NCBI GenBank assembly: GCA_902518985.1
Contig: CABYIF010000003.1
Coordinates: 1-58,512, forward strand
Length of the DNA: 58,512 nt
Direction of reading: 5' to 3'
From: an uncultured Alphaproteobacteria bacterium
GTDB taxonomy: Bacteria; Pseudomonadota; Alphaproteobacteria; HIMB59; GCA-002718135
Position numbers and translations under genes: made by a program. The notes under the pieces are model-generated. The model had not been told where the DNA came from. It was given only the letters and a program-made list of their open reading frames with translations, and searched no databases. Below are positions 8,391 to 16,858 of this stretch, piece after piece (position 1 is the stretch's first letter; each line of letters starts with the position of its first letter).

Positions 8391-9056
8391 TTAATATTTT
8401 TCAAGTAAAACTAGTCTTATTTTAATTTTATTTTTAAAGTCGTTGTTTAAAGGCAGATAATTGCAGGGCCTAGAAATATAATTAATTTTAAAATCTAATT
8501 TAAGGCTTCTTAATACTTCATCAAAATTTTGTTTATCCCATAAATCTGTACGATGAGAAAATATAAAATGACCTTTTTTTTTCAAATAATTTTTTGTATT
8601 TGAAAAAATTTTATCAAAACTTTTGCAATAAGTCATTGCTCCTATCATTGATATTAATTCAAATTTAGTCTCATAATTAAACGTTTTCTCAAAATTAATA
8701 TTTATTAATTTTTTATAAATATTTTTTTCTTTTGCTATCTTAAGACTTTTTTTAGAAATATCTGATCCATATATTTGGCTATTTCTATAAATTTTTTTAA
8801 GCTCAACTCCAAATAATCCAGTTCCACATGCAAGATCAAGAATTCTGTGTGGGTAGTTTTTTAATTTTTTTTTTAAAATTATGATACTTTTTTTTGGTGC
8901 AGTATATTTCCATTTATCTAATGTGAAATCGTAATGATTTGACCAGCTATCATAATATTTTTGAGTCTGTTTGATATTTCCAATACCACTTAATAAAGAT
9001 TTGGCTTTATCCATTATAGAGGGATGGTATTCTATTTCTAAAATTTTTAACTTCAT
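8391..9056 (-). CDS. Class I SAM-dependent methyltransferase
   Basis: 221 aa with the motif I sequence ILDLACGTGLFGVEL. The annotated start overlaps the upstream gene by 50 nt; an internal Met at 9014 is an alternative start. Confidence 0.7.
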   Translation of the reverse strand: MKLKILEIEYHPSIMDKAKSLLSGIGNIKQTQKYYDSWSNHYDFTLDKWKYTAPKKSIIILKKKLKNYPHRILDLACGTGLFGVELKKIYRNSQIYGSDISKKSLKIAKEKNIYKKLININFEKTFNYETKFELISMIGAMTYCKSFDKIFSNTKNYLKKKGHFIFSHRTDLWDKQNFDEVLRSLKLDFKINYISRPCNYLPLNNDFKNKIKIRLVLLEKY

Positions 9057-9813
9057 CTAAATTAATCTTTGAATTTAGGATAGCCTGTTTTTTAAACGCT
9101 TTATTTACTACTTTGCCCCATGGATTAACTAAAATTGAATGGCCATAAGTTTTACGTTTAGTATGATGAGTGCCACACATATTAGTAGCTACAACAAAAG
9201 CTCCATTTTCAATAGCTCTTGCTCTTACTAAAACTTCCCAATGATCTCTTCCCGTTGGTACGGTGAAAGCAGCAGGCATCAAAATAACTTCTGCGCCTTT
9301 TTTTGAAAGATCTCTGAATAAATTTGGAAAACGAAGATCATAGCAAATTGTCAAACCTAATTTAATATTTCTAATTTTAGTCAACATAATTTTTTTTCCA
9401 GGTTTAAATGACTCAGACTCTTTATGTTTTTCTTTATTATTAATATTTACATCAAACATATGAATTTTATCATAATATGACTTTATTGCTCCTTTATTAT
9501 CAATCATGAAAGATCTATTGACGAGTCTTTTTTGATTTTTCTTTTTTAATAATAAAGAGCCAATATTTATAAAAATTTTATTTTTTTTTGCGAATTTTTT
9601 GCTCATTTCTAATATTGGGCAATATTCTTGATAACTTGCAAACTTAAATAAATGTTTTTTATCATTAGTAATAATATTTGAGCACTCTGGTGTACAAATC
9701 AAATCAGGTTTAAATTTTAATGCTTTTTTGAAATAATATTCAAGTTGAAGGCAGTTTTCGAAAGGAGTTGGTTTCGCTTCAAATTGTATTTGTGATATAT
9801 GCAATTTTTTCAT
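9007..9813 (-). CDS. Carbon-nitrogen hydrolase (nitrilase-superfamily amidohydrolase)
   Basis: 268 aa. The E-K-C triad context is present: TPECSN, YDKIHMFD, and the catalytic Cys in GLTICYDLRFPNLF. Confidence 0.85.
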   Translation of the reverse strand: MKKLHISQIQFEAKPTPFENCLQLEYYFKKALKFKPDLICTPECSNIITNDKKHLFKFASYQEYCPILEMSKKFAKKNKIFINIGSLLLKKKNQKRLVNRSFMIDNKGAIKSYYDKIHMFDVNINNKEKHKESESFKPGKKIMLTKIRNIKLGLTICYDLRFPNLFRDLSKKGAEVILMPAAFTVPTGRDHWEVLVRARAIENGAFVVATNMCGTHHTKRKTYGHSILVNPWGKVVNKAFKKQAILNSKINLDEVKNFRNRIPSLYNG

Positions 9814-9912
9814 TAAATCATTTTATCATAAAATCTAAATAGTCATTATATTTTAAAATATTTACGATATTTTAGTCTATTATTATTTAAACATAGGTGT
9901 ATAAGTTTCGAT

Positions 9913-10698
9913 GTGAATAATTTATTAAAAATATGGAAATCAAATAAAGCTGTTATAAATGCTTGGTTGTCAATTCCAAACTCTTTTACAGCTGAAGCTT
10001 TTGGTAAAATGGGCTGGGATTCTGTTACAATTGACATGCAACACGGACAAAATGATTATCAATCCAGTATTTCAATGTTACAAGCTTTATCAAATAGTAA
10101 TTCTGTACCAATGGTTAGAGTGCCTTGGAGTGAGCCAGGTATTATAATGAAAATGCTTGATCTTGGCGTAATGGGCATTATCGCCCCAATGATTAATTCA
10201 AAAGAAGATTGTGAAAAATTTGTATCATATTGCTATTACCCTTCAATTGGTCAGAGAAGTTTTGGACCAATGAGAGCTCAATTAATTTATGGCTCAGATT
10301 ATTTTAGTAAAGCAAATGACAATGTGATGAGTTTCGCTATGATTGAAACAAAACAAGCTGTTGAAAATTTAGATGAAATTTTATCTGTACCAAGCTTGAC
10401 TGGTATATACATTGGGCCTGCTGATATGAGCTCATCATATGGTTTACCTCCAAAATTTGATGTAAGAGAAGATCCTGTATTTTCAAATATCAAACTTATT
10501 TCACAAAAAGCAAAAGAATATGGCAAAATCGCGGGTATTCATAATGGTACAACAAGTTATGCAAAAGAAATGATAAATATAGGATATAAGTTTGTAACTA
10601 TCTTATCAGATTTTAGAGTTATGAGCTCAAATTCTAAAAAAATAGTTGACGAAATGAAAAATCAAAGTTCGGAAAAATCTCAAACAAGTTCTTATTAA
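9913..10698 (+). CDS. HpcH/HpaI-family aldolase
   Basis: 261 aa. Contains GWDSVTIDMQHG, VPMVRVP, GIIAPMINS, ETKQAVENLDEI and IGPADMS motifs. Confidence 0.85.
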   Translation: MNNLLKIWKSNKAVINAWLSIPNSFTAEAFGKMGWDSVTIDMQHGQNDYQSSISMLQALSNSNSVPMVRVPWSEPGIIMKMLDLGVMGIIAPMINSKEDCEKFVSYCYYPSIGQRSFGPMRAQLIYGSDYFSKANDNVMSFAMIETKQAVENLDEILSVPSLTGIYIGPADMSSSYGLPPKFDVREDPVFSNIKLISQKAKEYGKIAGIHNGTTSYAKEMINIGYKFVTILSDFRVMSSNSKKIVDEMKNQSSEKSQTSSY

Positions 10699-10863
10699 TT
10701 AATTTCTTTTTTTGAAAAAAGGTATCAAAAACACAATACAAGCTAAGAAAAAAAATATACTCCCAGCCATAGCCCAAAAATTGCCAATACTTGAGACTAT
10801 GAAGCAAAGTGAAGATATTACAAAAAGTAACCAGCCTATTAAATTTAATAAATTATCATTCAT
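10699..10863 (-). CDS. 54-aa two-TM mini membrane protein, translationally coupled to the ABC-F gene
   Basis: Verified codon by codon by hand: MNDNLLNLIGWLLFVISSLCFIVSSIGNFWAMAGSIFFFLACIVFLIPFFKKRN. Its ATG overlaps the ABC-F stop (ATGAATGA). Confidence 0.4.
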   Translation of the reverse strand: MNDNLLNLIGWLLFVISSLCFIVSSIGNFWAMAGSIFFFLACIVFLIPFFKKRN

Positions 10864-12664
10864 TTTTTAACTTCTCCTGGATTGCAAAAATCTCCAACCA
10901 TCTATCCTCTTTTATTTTCAAATCTTTAGAAAGAGTTTCCATTTTTTTTGTTATTTCTAAATATCTATTATGATTTTCTAAATATATATTTGATTCTTTC
11001 AATTCATTAGTCATAGTATTTAGGTCTTCCTCAATTAAACTTATTTCCCTTGGAAGATTCTCTAATTCATATTTATATTTGAAAGACAATTTTGCAGGTT
11101 TTTTTGAAATATTATTAGAGTTTTTATTTTTTTTCTTATTTTTATTTAAATTTGTTTTTATCTGTGATTTTAGAAAATCACTATAACCTCCTAAAAATAA
11201 AGATACATTGCCATGAGTATCAAAATGAAGAATTTTGTTGACCGTTTGATCTAAAAAATCTCTGTCATGTGAAACTATTAGTAAAGTACCTTTGTAGTTT
11301 GATAACATTTCTGTAAGCAAATCTAAAGTTTCCAAATCAAGATCATTGGTAGGTTCGTCTAATATTAAACCTGTTTTGGGATTAGCTAATACTTTAGCAA
11401 GAAGGAGCCTGTTTTGTTCACCTCCAGACAATGTTTGAATTGTATGATTAACATTTTTAGGATCAAATTGAAAATCTTTCACATAACTGCACACATGTCT
11501 ATCTCTACCTTGAACTTTTAAATAATCACCGCCAGAAGGTACTAAAATATCTTTTACTGATTTTCTTCCATTCAAATCATTTCGCATTTGGTCAAAATAT
11601 GAAAACTCTAAGTTTTTTTTTAATTTTAATTTTCCACTTGTGATTTTAACTTCATTCAATAAAGTTTTTAAAAAAGTAGATTTCCCTGTTCCATTTTTAC
11701 CAAGTAATCCTATTCGATCATTTTTTGCTATTTTAATAGAGAGTTTTTCAAATACATTATTTTTTTGGTTAGAGTATCTTACTGAAACATCAATGTATTC
11801 TGCAATAAACTTTGAATGATCAATTGATTTTTTTGCAACTTGAGGTTTTAAAGATTTGATAGCACTTCTATAGGAAGCCTCATCTTTTTCTAATTGTATT
11901 TTTAATTCTTTAGCTCTTCTTAATCTTTTTTCATTTCTTTTAACTCTTGCTTTAACACCTTTATTTGCCCAATCTAGTTCAATATTTACAAATTGTTTTC
12001 TATTTCTTAATTCTCTATATTCTTGATCTAGAAGCTCCTCCGACCATTTATCAAAATTTTTGAAACCACTTGGACTTACTCTTAACTTTCCTCTATCTAG
12101 CCAGAAAACTTTATTTGTAAAATTACTTAAAAAAGTTCTATCATGACTTACACATAAGATTGTTTTGTTTAGATCTCTCAGATAATTTTCTAACCATTGA
12201 ATACATTCTAAGTCTAAATGATTTGTTGGTTCATCTAAGAGAAGTACGTCAAACTCCTTTAGTAAAGATCTGATTAAATACACTTTTCTTATCTGACCAC
12301 CTGATAGACTATTAATATCTGAAAGTTTATTTAAACTTAATCTTTCACAAAAAATATCTATGTAATGTTTATTTTTTTCATTTATTAAATCTTTGAAACT
12401 TTCTAATATTGTAGAGTTGTTAATTTTCTCAAATTTTTGATTAAAATAACTGACTTTTAAATTAGGAAAATTCCAGATAATCCCATTATCTACATCTTGT
12501 TCACCTTTAATAGTTTTCATTAGAGTGCTTTTGCCTACTCCATTTTTACCAACTAAGGCAATCATATCCTTTTTGTGAAGGTTTAGGTCTAGATTTTGAA
12601 AAATAGTTTTTTTTCCAAATTTTATCTCTACATCTCTTAGAGAAAAAATAAGGTCACTAGGCAC
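10856..12664 (-). CDS. ABC-F family ATPase (Uup-like; two NBDs plus a C-terminal coiled coil)
   Basis: 602 aa. Two Walker A motifs (GKNGVGKST, GKNGTGKST), two signature motifs (LSGGQ, LSGGEQ), no TM segments and a K/E-rich C-terminal tail. GTG start. Confidence 0.85.
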   Translation of the reverse strand: MPSDLIFSLRDVEIKFGKKTIFQNLDLNLHKKDMIALVGKNGVGKSTLMKTIKGEQDVDNGIIWNFPNLKVSYFNQKFEKINNSTILESFKDLINEKNKHYIDIFCERLSLNKLSDINSLSGGQIRKVYLIRSLLKEFDVLLLDEPTNHLDLECIQWLENYLRDLNKTILCVSHDRTFLSNFTNKVFWLDRGKLRVSPSGFKNFDKWSEELLDQEYRELRNRKQFVNIELDWANKGVKARVKRNEKRLRRAKELKIQLEKDEASYRSAIKSLKPQVAKKSIDHSKFIAEYIDVSVRYSNQKNNVFEKLSIKIAKNDRIGLLGKNGTGKSTFLKTLLNEVKITSGKLKLKKNLEFSYFDQMRNDLNGRKSVKDILVPSGGDYLKVQGRDRHVCSYVKDFQFDPKNVNHTIQTLSGGEQNRLLLAKVLANPKTGLILDEPTNDLDLETLDLLTEMLSNYKGTLLIVSHDRDFLDQTVNKILHFDTHGNVSLFLGGYSDFLKSQIKTNLNKNKKKNKNSNNISKKPAKLSFKYKYELENLPREISLIEEDLNTMTNELKESNIYLENHNRYLEITKKMETLSKDLKIKEDRWLEIFAIQEKLKNE

Positions 12665-12783
12665 TAATTATAATATTTGTAATAAATAACAATTAGATCA
12701 AGAAAAGCAAAAAAGGCTATAATTATTGCAATTCTTGTTATAGACCACTGGCCCTTAGGAAAAATTAAATTAAAATATTTCAT
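12664..12783 (-). CDS. Possible 39-aa single-TM mini-ORF immediately upstream of the ABC-F gene
   Basis: Hand translation: MKYFNLIFPKGQWSITRIAIIIAFFAFLDLIVIYYKYYN. Its TAG stop shares one nucleotide with the ABC-F GTG start (TAGTG). Confidence 0.3.
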   Translation of the reverse strand: MKYFNLIFPKGQWSITRIAIIIAFFAFLDLIVIYYKYYN

Positions 12784-12857
12784 AACTCTTAAATAATATT
12801 AAAAATTTGAGTTTCAATACATTTTCTAAAGGAGTGCAATTCAAATCCTCTATGTAG

Positions 12858-13220
12858 TTATCTACTATAGATATAAAAGCCTATTGCAAATAATGCAGTT
12901 AAAACAATATTTATATAAGCAGTAGATCCTGCCACAGCACCAGTAATAATGTGAAATAAAATTATTATTGTAAATAGCAAGCCGCCAATTGCAAATAACA
13001 CCCCAATTGATTTTAGATTTTCTGCAGCAATATCTGGAAATCTCCAACTCCAAATGCCATTAACTATAAATACTACTCCAAGAAACTGACCAATAGTAAT
13101 TAAATCGGCTGTTGGCGTCCAACCAGCTTGTTGTATAAATACTGAAGTTAAGAACAAGCTTCCTAATCCATTTAATAAAAGAACTACAGCCTGAGCTTTA
13201 AAAATTATTCTTAGATTCAT
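12858..13220 (-). CDS. Small 4-TM membrane protein, unknown function
   Basis: 120 aa with four hydrophobic stretches. No family recognised. Confidence 0.5.
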   Translation of the reverse strand: MNLRIIFKAQAVVLLLNGLGSLFLTSVFIQQAGWTPTADLITIGQFLGVVFIVNGIWSWRFPDIAAENLKSIGVLFAIGGLLFTIIILFHIITGAVAGSTAYINIVLTALFAIGFYIYSR

Positions 13221-13287
13221 ATGTTTTTCTCCTTAGTACCATTTATTTAAATTTTTAGATTCTTACAAAAACTTATTGAAGTAATAA

Positions 13288-13884
13288 TTATTGAGATTTA
13301 ATCCACTTAATACAATCTTCCAGTCTATCATCACCCCAAAAAACCTCATCCTTGTATACAAATGTAGGACTACCAAATACACCTAATTTGTATGCAATAT
13401 CTGTATTTTGTAAATATTGACTCTTGATATCTTCTGAATTTGCATTTTTTAAAGTTTCATCTTTGTTTAATTTAAGTTCATTAAGTATTTCTGATATATT
13501 GGGTTCAGTTGCAGGTTCTTTACCTTGTTGAAACCATCTTTTATAGGTGATGATTACATAATCCACGCCCCAACCTTCGTTCATACCTAATATTGCAATC
13601 TGATTAGCTAAATCAAATTCCTTTAAAGGATAAGGTGCTGGGACTTTTGCTTCAAAACCATAAAATTTTGCTCTTCTCTCAATATCTCTCCACATATAAT
13701 CTGATTTAACTTTTTTAGATGGAGGCGTAAAAGGTATATTATCCATATCCATCATTATTTTTCTAACACTAAATGGTTTCCAATTAATTGATAAATTTTC
13801 TTTTTTTGCTACTCCAGCAATTCTATTTACAGTTAGATATGTGTATGTGCTTCCTATGGAAAACCAAAAATCTATTTTAGTCAT
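13288..13884 (-). CDS. DsbA-like thioredoxin-fold protein (2-hydroxychromene-2-carboxylate isomerase family)
   Basis: 198 aa. The N-terminus IDFWFSIGSTYTYL and C-terminus GVFGSPTFVYKDEVFWGDDRLE are typical of the HCCA isomerase/DsbA family. Confidence 0.75.
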   Translation of the reverse strand: MTKIDFWFSIGSTYTYLTVNRIAGVAKKENLSINWKPFSVRKIMMDMDNIPFTPPSKKVKSDYMWRDIERRAKFYGFEAKVPAPYPLKEFDLANQIAILGMNEGWGVDYVIITYKRWFQQGKEPATEPNISEILNELKLNKDETLKNANSEDIKSQYLQNTDIAYKLGVFGSPTFVYKDEVFWGDDRLEDCIKWIKSQ

Positions 13885-13927
13885 AGTAATTGAGTATAAC
13901 TAATTTTAATATACTAGCAATAATTTA

Positions 13928-15079
13928 ATGAAGACCAATTTTAATAAAGAAATTTTTACATGTTTTGGTGGTGCATTTTTAATAATGTTTATGATAGGTA
14001 TATATTTTGTCTATCTGCCATGGAATATGGAAAGGTTAAATATATCAGAAACTCAACTAGGTATTTCAATTTGTGCTTTTGGTTTTGCAAATATTTTTGC
14101 AAATCAATTTGGTGCAAGAATAATTGTTCCTAAAATTGGCACTTCAAACACAATAATTTTAGGAACTTTAATTTTCTCTTACTTGCCTATGATAATTGCT
14201 AGTGTCCCAAATTATTTTTATTTTACATTATTTTTTATCCCAATAGGAATAGGTGCTGGATTGATTTTTCCTGTTTTGAATTCACAAATGGCAATAATTG
14301 AACAAAAAACAAAAAAAATACTTATTCCTTTTACACAAGCTTGTTTCTCTGCAGGTTCATTATGTGGCGCATTAAGTGCTGCTTTTTTTATAAAATTAAT
14401 TCCAGACCCTCGAATCACTTTCTTTTTAGTTGGAACTTTATTTTTAGTTTACTCAGTTTGCTTTTACTTTTTTGGTCTTAATAAAAAATATGAATATAAT
14501 GAAGAAGTTGAAAGTTTTAAATTACCTAAAAATAATATTTTAATCTATGGATTTTTACTTATGATGAACTTTGCAACATTAGGAATTATTATTGATTGGT
14601 CTCCTGTTTGGTTAACCAAAGATTTGGGAGCACCTTTATTTCTTGGTGGATTAATAATTATTTTTTTTAATGGAGGTGAAATATTTGCAAGAGTAGCGGC
14701 AAGTAAATTAATAAATAGATTTGGCGATATTGTGGTTGGAAGTTATTTCAGCATAATATCTTGTACAGTTTTATTTATATCTATTTTGACTACAAATTTG
14801 TATATAATTCTATTTGGAATTATAATTTTTGGTTTTGGTACGGCAAATTTTGTGGCTATAGTTTTAAGACAAGCAATAAGTGAAACAAAAGAGTCAGTTA
14901 GTCTTACAGTATCGAACTTATTAACTTTAGGTTTTGCAGGATTTATTTTTGGCCCTGCAATTGTTGGATATTTAGCTGAATTAATTAGTTTAACATTTAA
15001 TATGTATTTACTATCAGTAATTTGGGCTTTCAATGGTTTAGCTCTTTTGTACTTGATAAATAAAAATAAATTACAGTAA
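13928..15079 (+). CDS. MFS transporter
   Basis: 383 aa with about 12 TM segments in a 6+6 organisation and a central loop. Confidence 0.75.
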   Translation: MKTNFNKEIFTCFGGAFLIMFMIGIYFVYLPWNMERLNISETQLGISICAFGFANIFANQFGARIIVPKIGTSNTIILGTLIFSYLPMIIASVPNYFYFTLFFIPIGIGAGLIFPVLNSQMAIIEQKTKKILIPFTQACFSAGSLCGALSAAFFIKLIPDPRITFFLVGTLFLVYSVCFYFFGLNKKYEYNEEVESFKLPKNNILIYGFLLMMNFATLGIIIDWSPVWLTKDLGAPLFLGGLIIIFFNGGEIFARVAASKLINRFGDIVVGSYFSIISCTVLFISILTTNLYIILFGIIIFGFGTANFVAIVLRQAISETKESVSLTVSNLLTLGFAGFIFGPAIVGYLAELISLTFNMYLLSVIWAFNGLALLYLINKNKLQ

Positions 15080-15146
15080 CTTTATTAATAATATTATATT
15101 ATCTATATTCGCAGTCACTCATGGTAGAGAAAATTATTAGTAGAGG

Positions 15147-15171
15147 TAAGATCGAAGCTTGATCTTATTTT
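15147..15171 (+). terminator. Hairpin plus T-run downstream of the MFS gene (left boundary of the methyltransferase island)
   Basis: TAAGATC-GAAGCTT-GATCTTA followed by TTTT. Confidence 0.4.
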
Positions 15172-15197
15172 AATTATCATTGTCATAAATTAATATT

Positions 15198-16280
15198 CTA
15201 TAAACACTCAACTAGATAAAGTTTTTCTGAAACAACATCGTCAGGAACTTTATATTTTCTTTTATCATGATCCCTTTCTGTTCTAAATCTTCTGTATTGC
15301 TGACTGAAAACTTTAACCCTGCCTTTCATTTTTAAAATTTTTAGAATTATTTTTGAGTCAATTATGCCTTCATTATTATAACTTAATAAAATATATTTAC
15401 ATTTTGCATTTTGAATTAAATCTTTAAAAGTTTCAACACATGCATCTTTTTTGGAATATAGTGAAGTTTGTTTTTCATAGGGTCTCAAGCCTGTTTTTCC
15501 CTTTAATTCTAATTTATCCCAACAAGCCAAGGTTTCTAAAACATGAAAATTAGGTGCATATTGTCTACTATTATATGGTGGGTCGATATAAAGGATATCA
15601 CCTTTTATTTTCCTAATTAATTTATTTGAGTCTTCATTAAATACTTTATTATTTAATTTATTATCTAAAATTAAAGGAACATTAAAAACAATTTTTTTTA
15701 AAGCCATACTTCTCCAAATTTTAAGATAAGCACCATAGGTACCTGCGATGTTGGCTACAAAATCAGATGCTTCAATAATAATGCATATTAGAAAATAATG
15801 TTCATTTTCATTTATCCATTTTTTTTTAAACCACTGTCCAATCAAATCTCTAGCCTCATCTATAATCATAGCATTTTTATTTGAAAAATATTGTCGCTTA
15901 AATTTACCTGAAGGAGCAAAATTATTAAAAAAATAACCCTTTTTCCCTTTCAATGTATTTAAAAAATTTAAAACATTTTTTAAATTGTCATCATTGCTCG
16001 AAAATAATTCTTCATTTTGTAAAGAAATTTTCTTTTCCTTATTGATTAATATTTCAAATTTTGGGATTTTATTGTTTTTAATAAATACTTGTTGGTAAAT
16101 AAAAGAGTAAGTCATAAAATCATTACTTATAATTTTATATTTTTTATTTTTGAAATATTGTGCGACCGATGTAGTGCCTGAAAAAATATCTATAAATGTT
16201 CCTTTTTTAGGTAGTTGGTTTTTTTCAATAACATCATTAATAAATGGCAATAATCGTGTTTTATTTCCTATATATTTCAT
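15198..16280 (-). CDS. Alpha-class (D12/Dam-type) N6-adenine DNA methyltransferase
   Basis: 360 aa. Motif X/I is at the N-terminus (MKYIGNKTRLLPFINDVI...FIDIFSGTTSV). A roughly 190-aa insert (TRD) follows, then the catalytic YIDPPYNSRQY (DPPY = residues 233-236, nt 15573-15584). The N-terminus resembles the FokI/NlaIII-type MTase family. Confidence 0.85.
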   Translation of the reverse strand: MKYIGNKTRLLPFINDVIEKNQLPKKGTFIDIFSGTTSVAQYFKNKKYKIISNDFMTYSFIYQQVFIKNNKIPKFEILINKEKKISLQNEELFSSNDDNLKNVLNFLNTLKGKKGYFFNNFAPSGKFKRQYFSNKNAMIIDEARDLIGQWFKKKWINENEHYFLICIIIEASDFVANIAGTYGAYLKIWRSMALKKIVFNVPLILDNKLNNKVFNEDSNKLIRKIKGDILYIDPPYNSRQYAPNFHVLETLACWDKLELKGKTGLRPYEKQTSLYSKKDACVETFKDLIQNAKCKYILLSYNNEGIIDSKIILKILKMKGRVKVFSQQYRRFRTERDHDKRKYKVPDDVVSEKLYLVECL

Positions 16281-16858
16281 GAAAAAATTTTATCAAAAGT
16301 TTCTTTAATAACTTCTTTAATATTATTAGGATATATTAATTTAAAATCAACTTTTTCCTCTGATCTGAATACTAATATACAAATCAAATTTTCTGAAAAT
16401 TGCGATAGATTTAAATATCTTTTTATTAGATTTACCTCATTATCAATATTGTTTTGTTGTAATCCACATATATATCCATAGATCGGATTAATTTTTATTT
16501 TTAAAATAGTGTTAATATAATCAGTTTGTTCTCTAAAAACCTCATCTGTTTTATCTATCTGATTTATTAAACTTTGAAAATTTGGCTTAGCTTCTGCAAG
16601 AAAAAAATTATTTAAATTATTTTCATCTTGTAAAATTAAGTCTAACCTTCTCATATTTTTACTAAAAGACATCTCAATTGGTTCTTGACTAGTATTTTCT
16701 CTTAAAATTAATTTACTCCACTCACCAGAAGGTGGATTAATTGTATTTAAAAACCATCCTGAATTTAATTTACAAATTTTAAAGTAAGTTGATATTAAAA
16801 CACTCTCTTCAGAAAAATTATTTGGTTTTTTATTAATAAAATTTTGTATAGAATTCAT
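16277..16858 (-). CDS. Unknown 193-aa protein with a D-x15-E-x-K nuclease signature; candidate small restriction-endonuclease subunit
   Basis: RRLD73LILQDENNLNNFFLAE89AK91 lies at nt 16586-16642. There are ATGA overlaps with both neighbours. No named family recognised. Confidence 0.4.
   Translation of the reverse strand: MNSIQNFINKKPNNFSEESVLISTYFKICKLNSGWFLNTINPPSGEWSKLILRENTSQEPIEMSFSKNMRRLDLILQDENNLNNFFLAEAKPNFQSLINQIDKTDEVFREQTDYINTILKIKINPIYGYICGLQQNNIDNEVNLIKRYLNLSQFSENLICILVFRSEEKVDFKLIYPNNIKEVIKETFDKIFS

Noticed and set aside
9007-9056. 50-nt overlap between the methyltransferase and C-N hydrolase genes, considered as a possible frameshift or fusion.
   Set aside because: Both proteins are full length with intact motifs. 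An internal Met (9014) reduces the overlap to 8 nt. Short overlaps are the norm throughout this window.
15151-15166. AAGCTT (HindIII site) palindrome inside the hairpin beside the methyltransferase island, considered as a possible recognition-site clue.
   Set aside because: It is a single 6-bp palindrome forming part of a terminator loop, and there is no basis to link it to the island's specificity.
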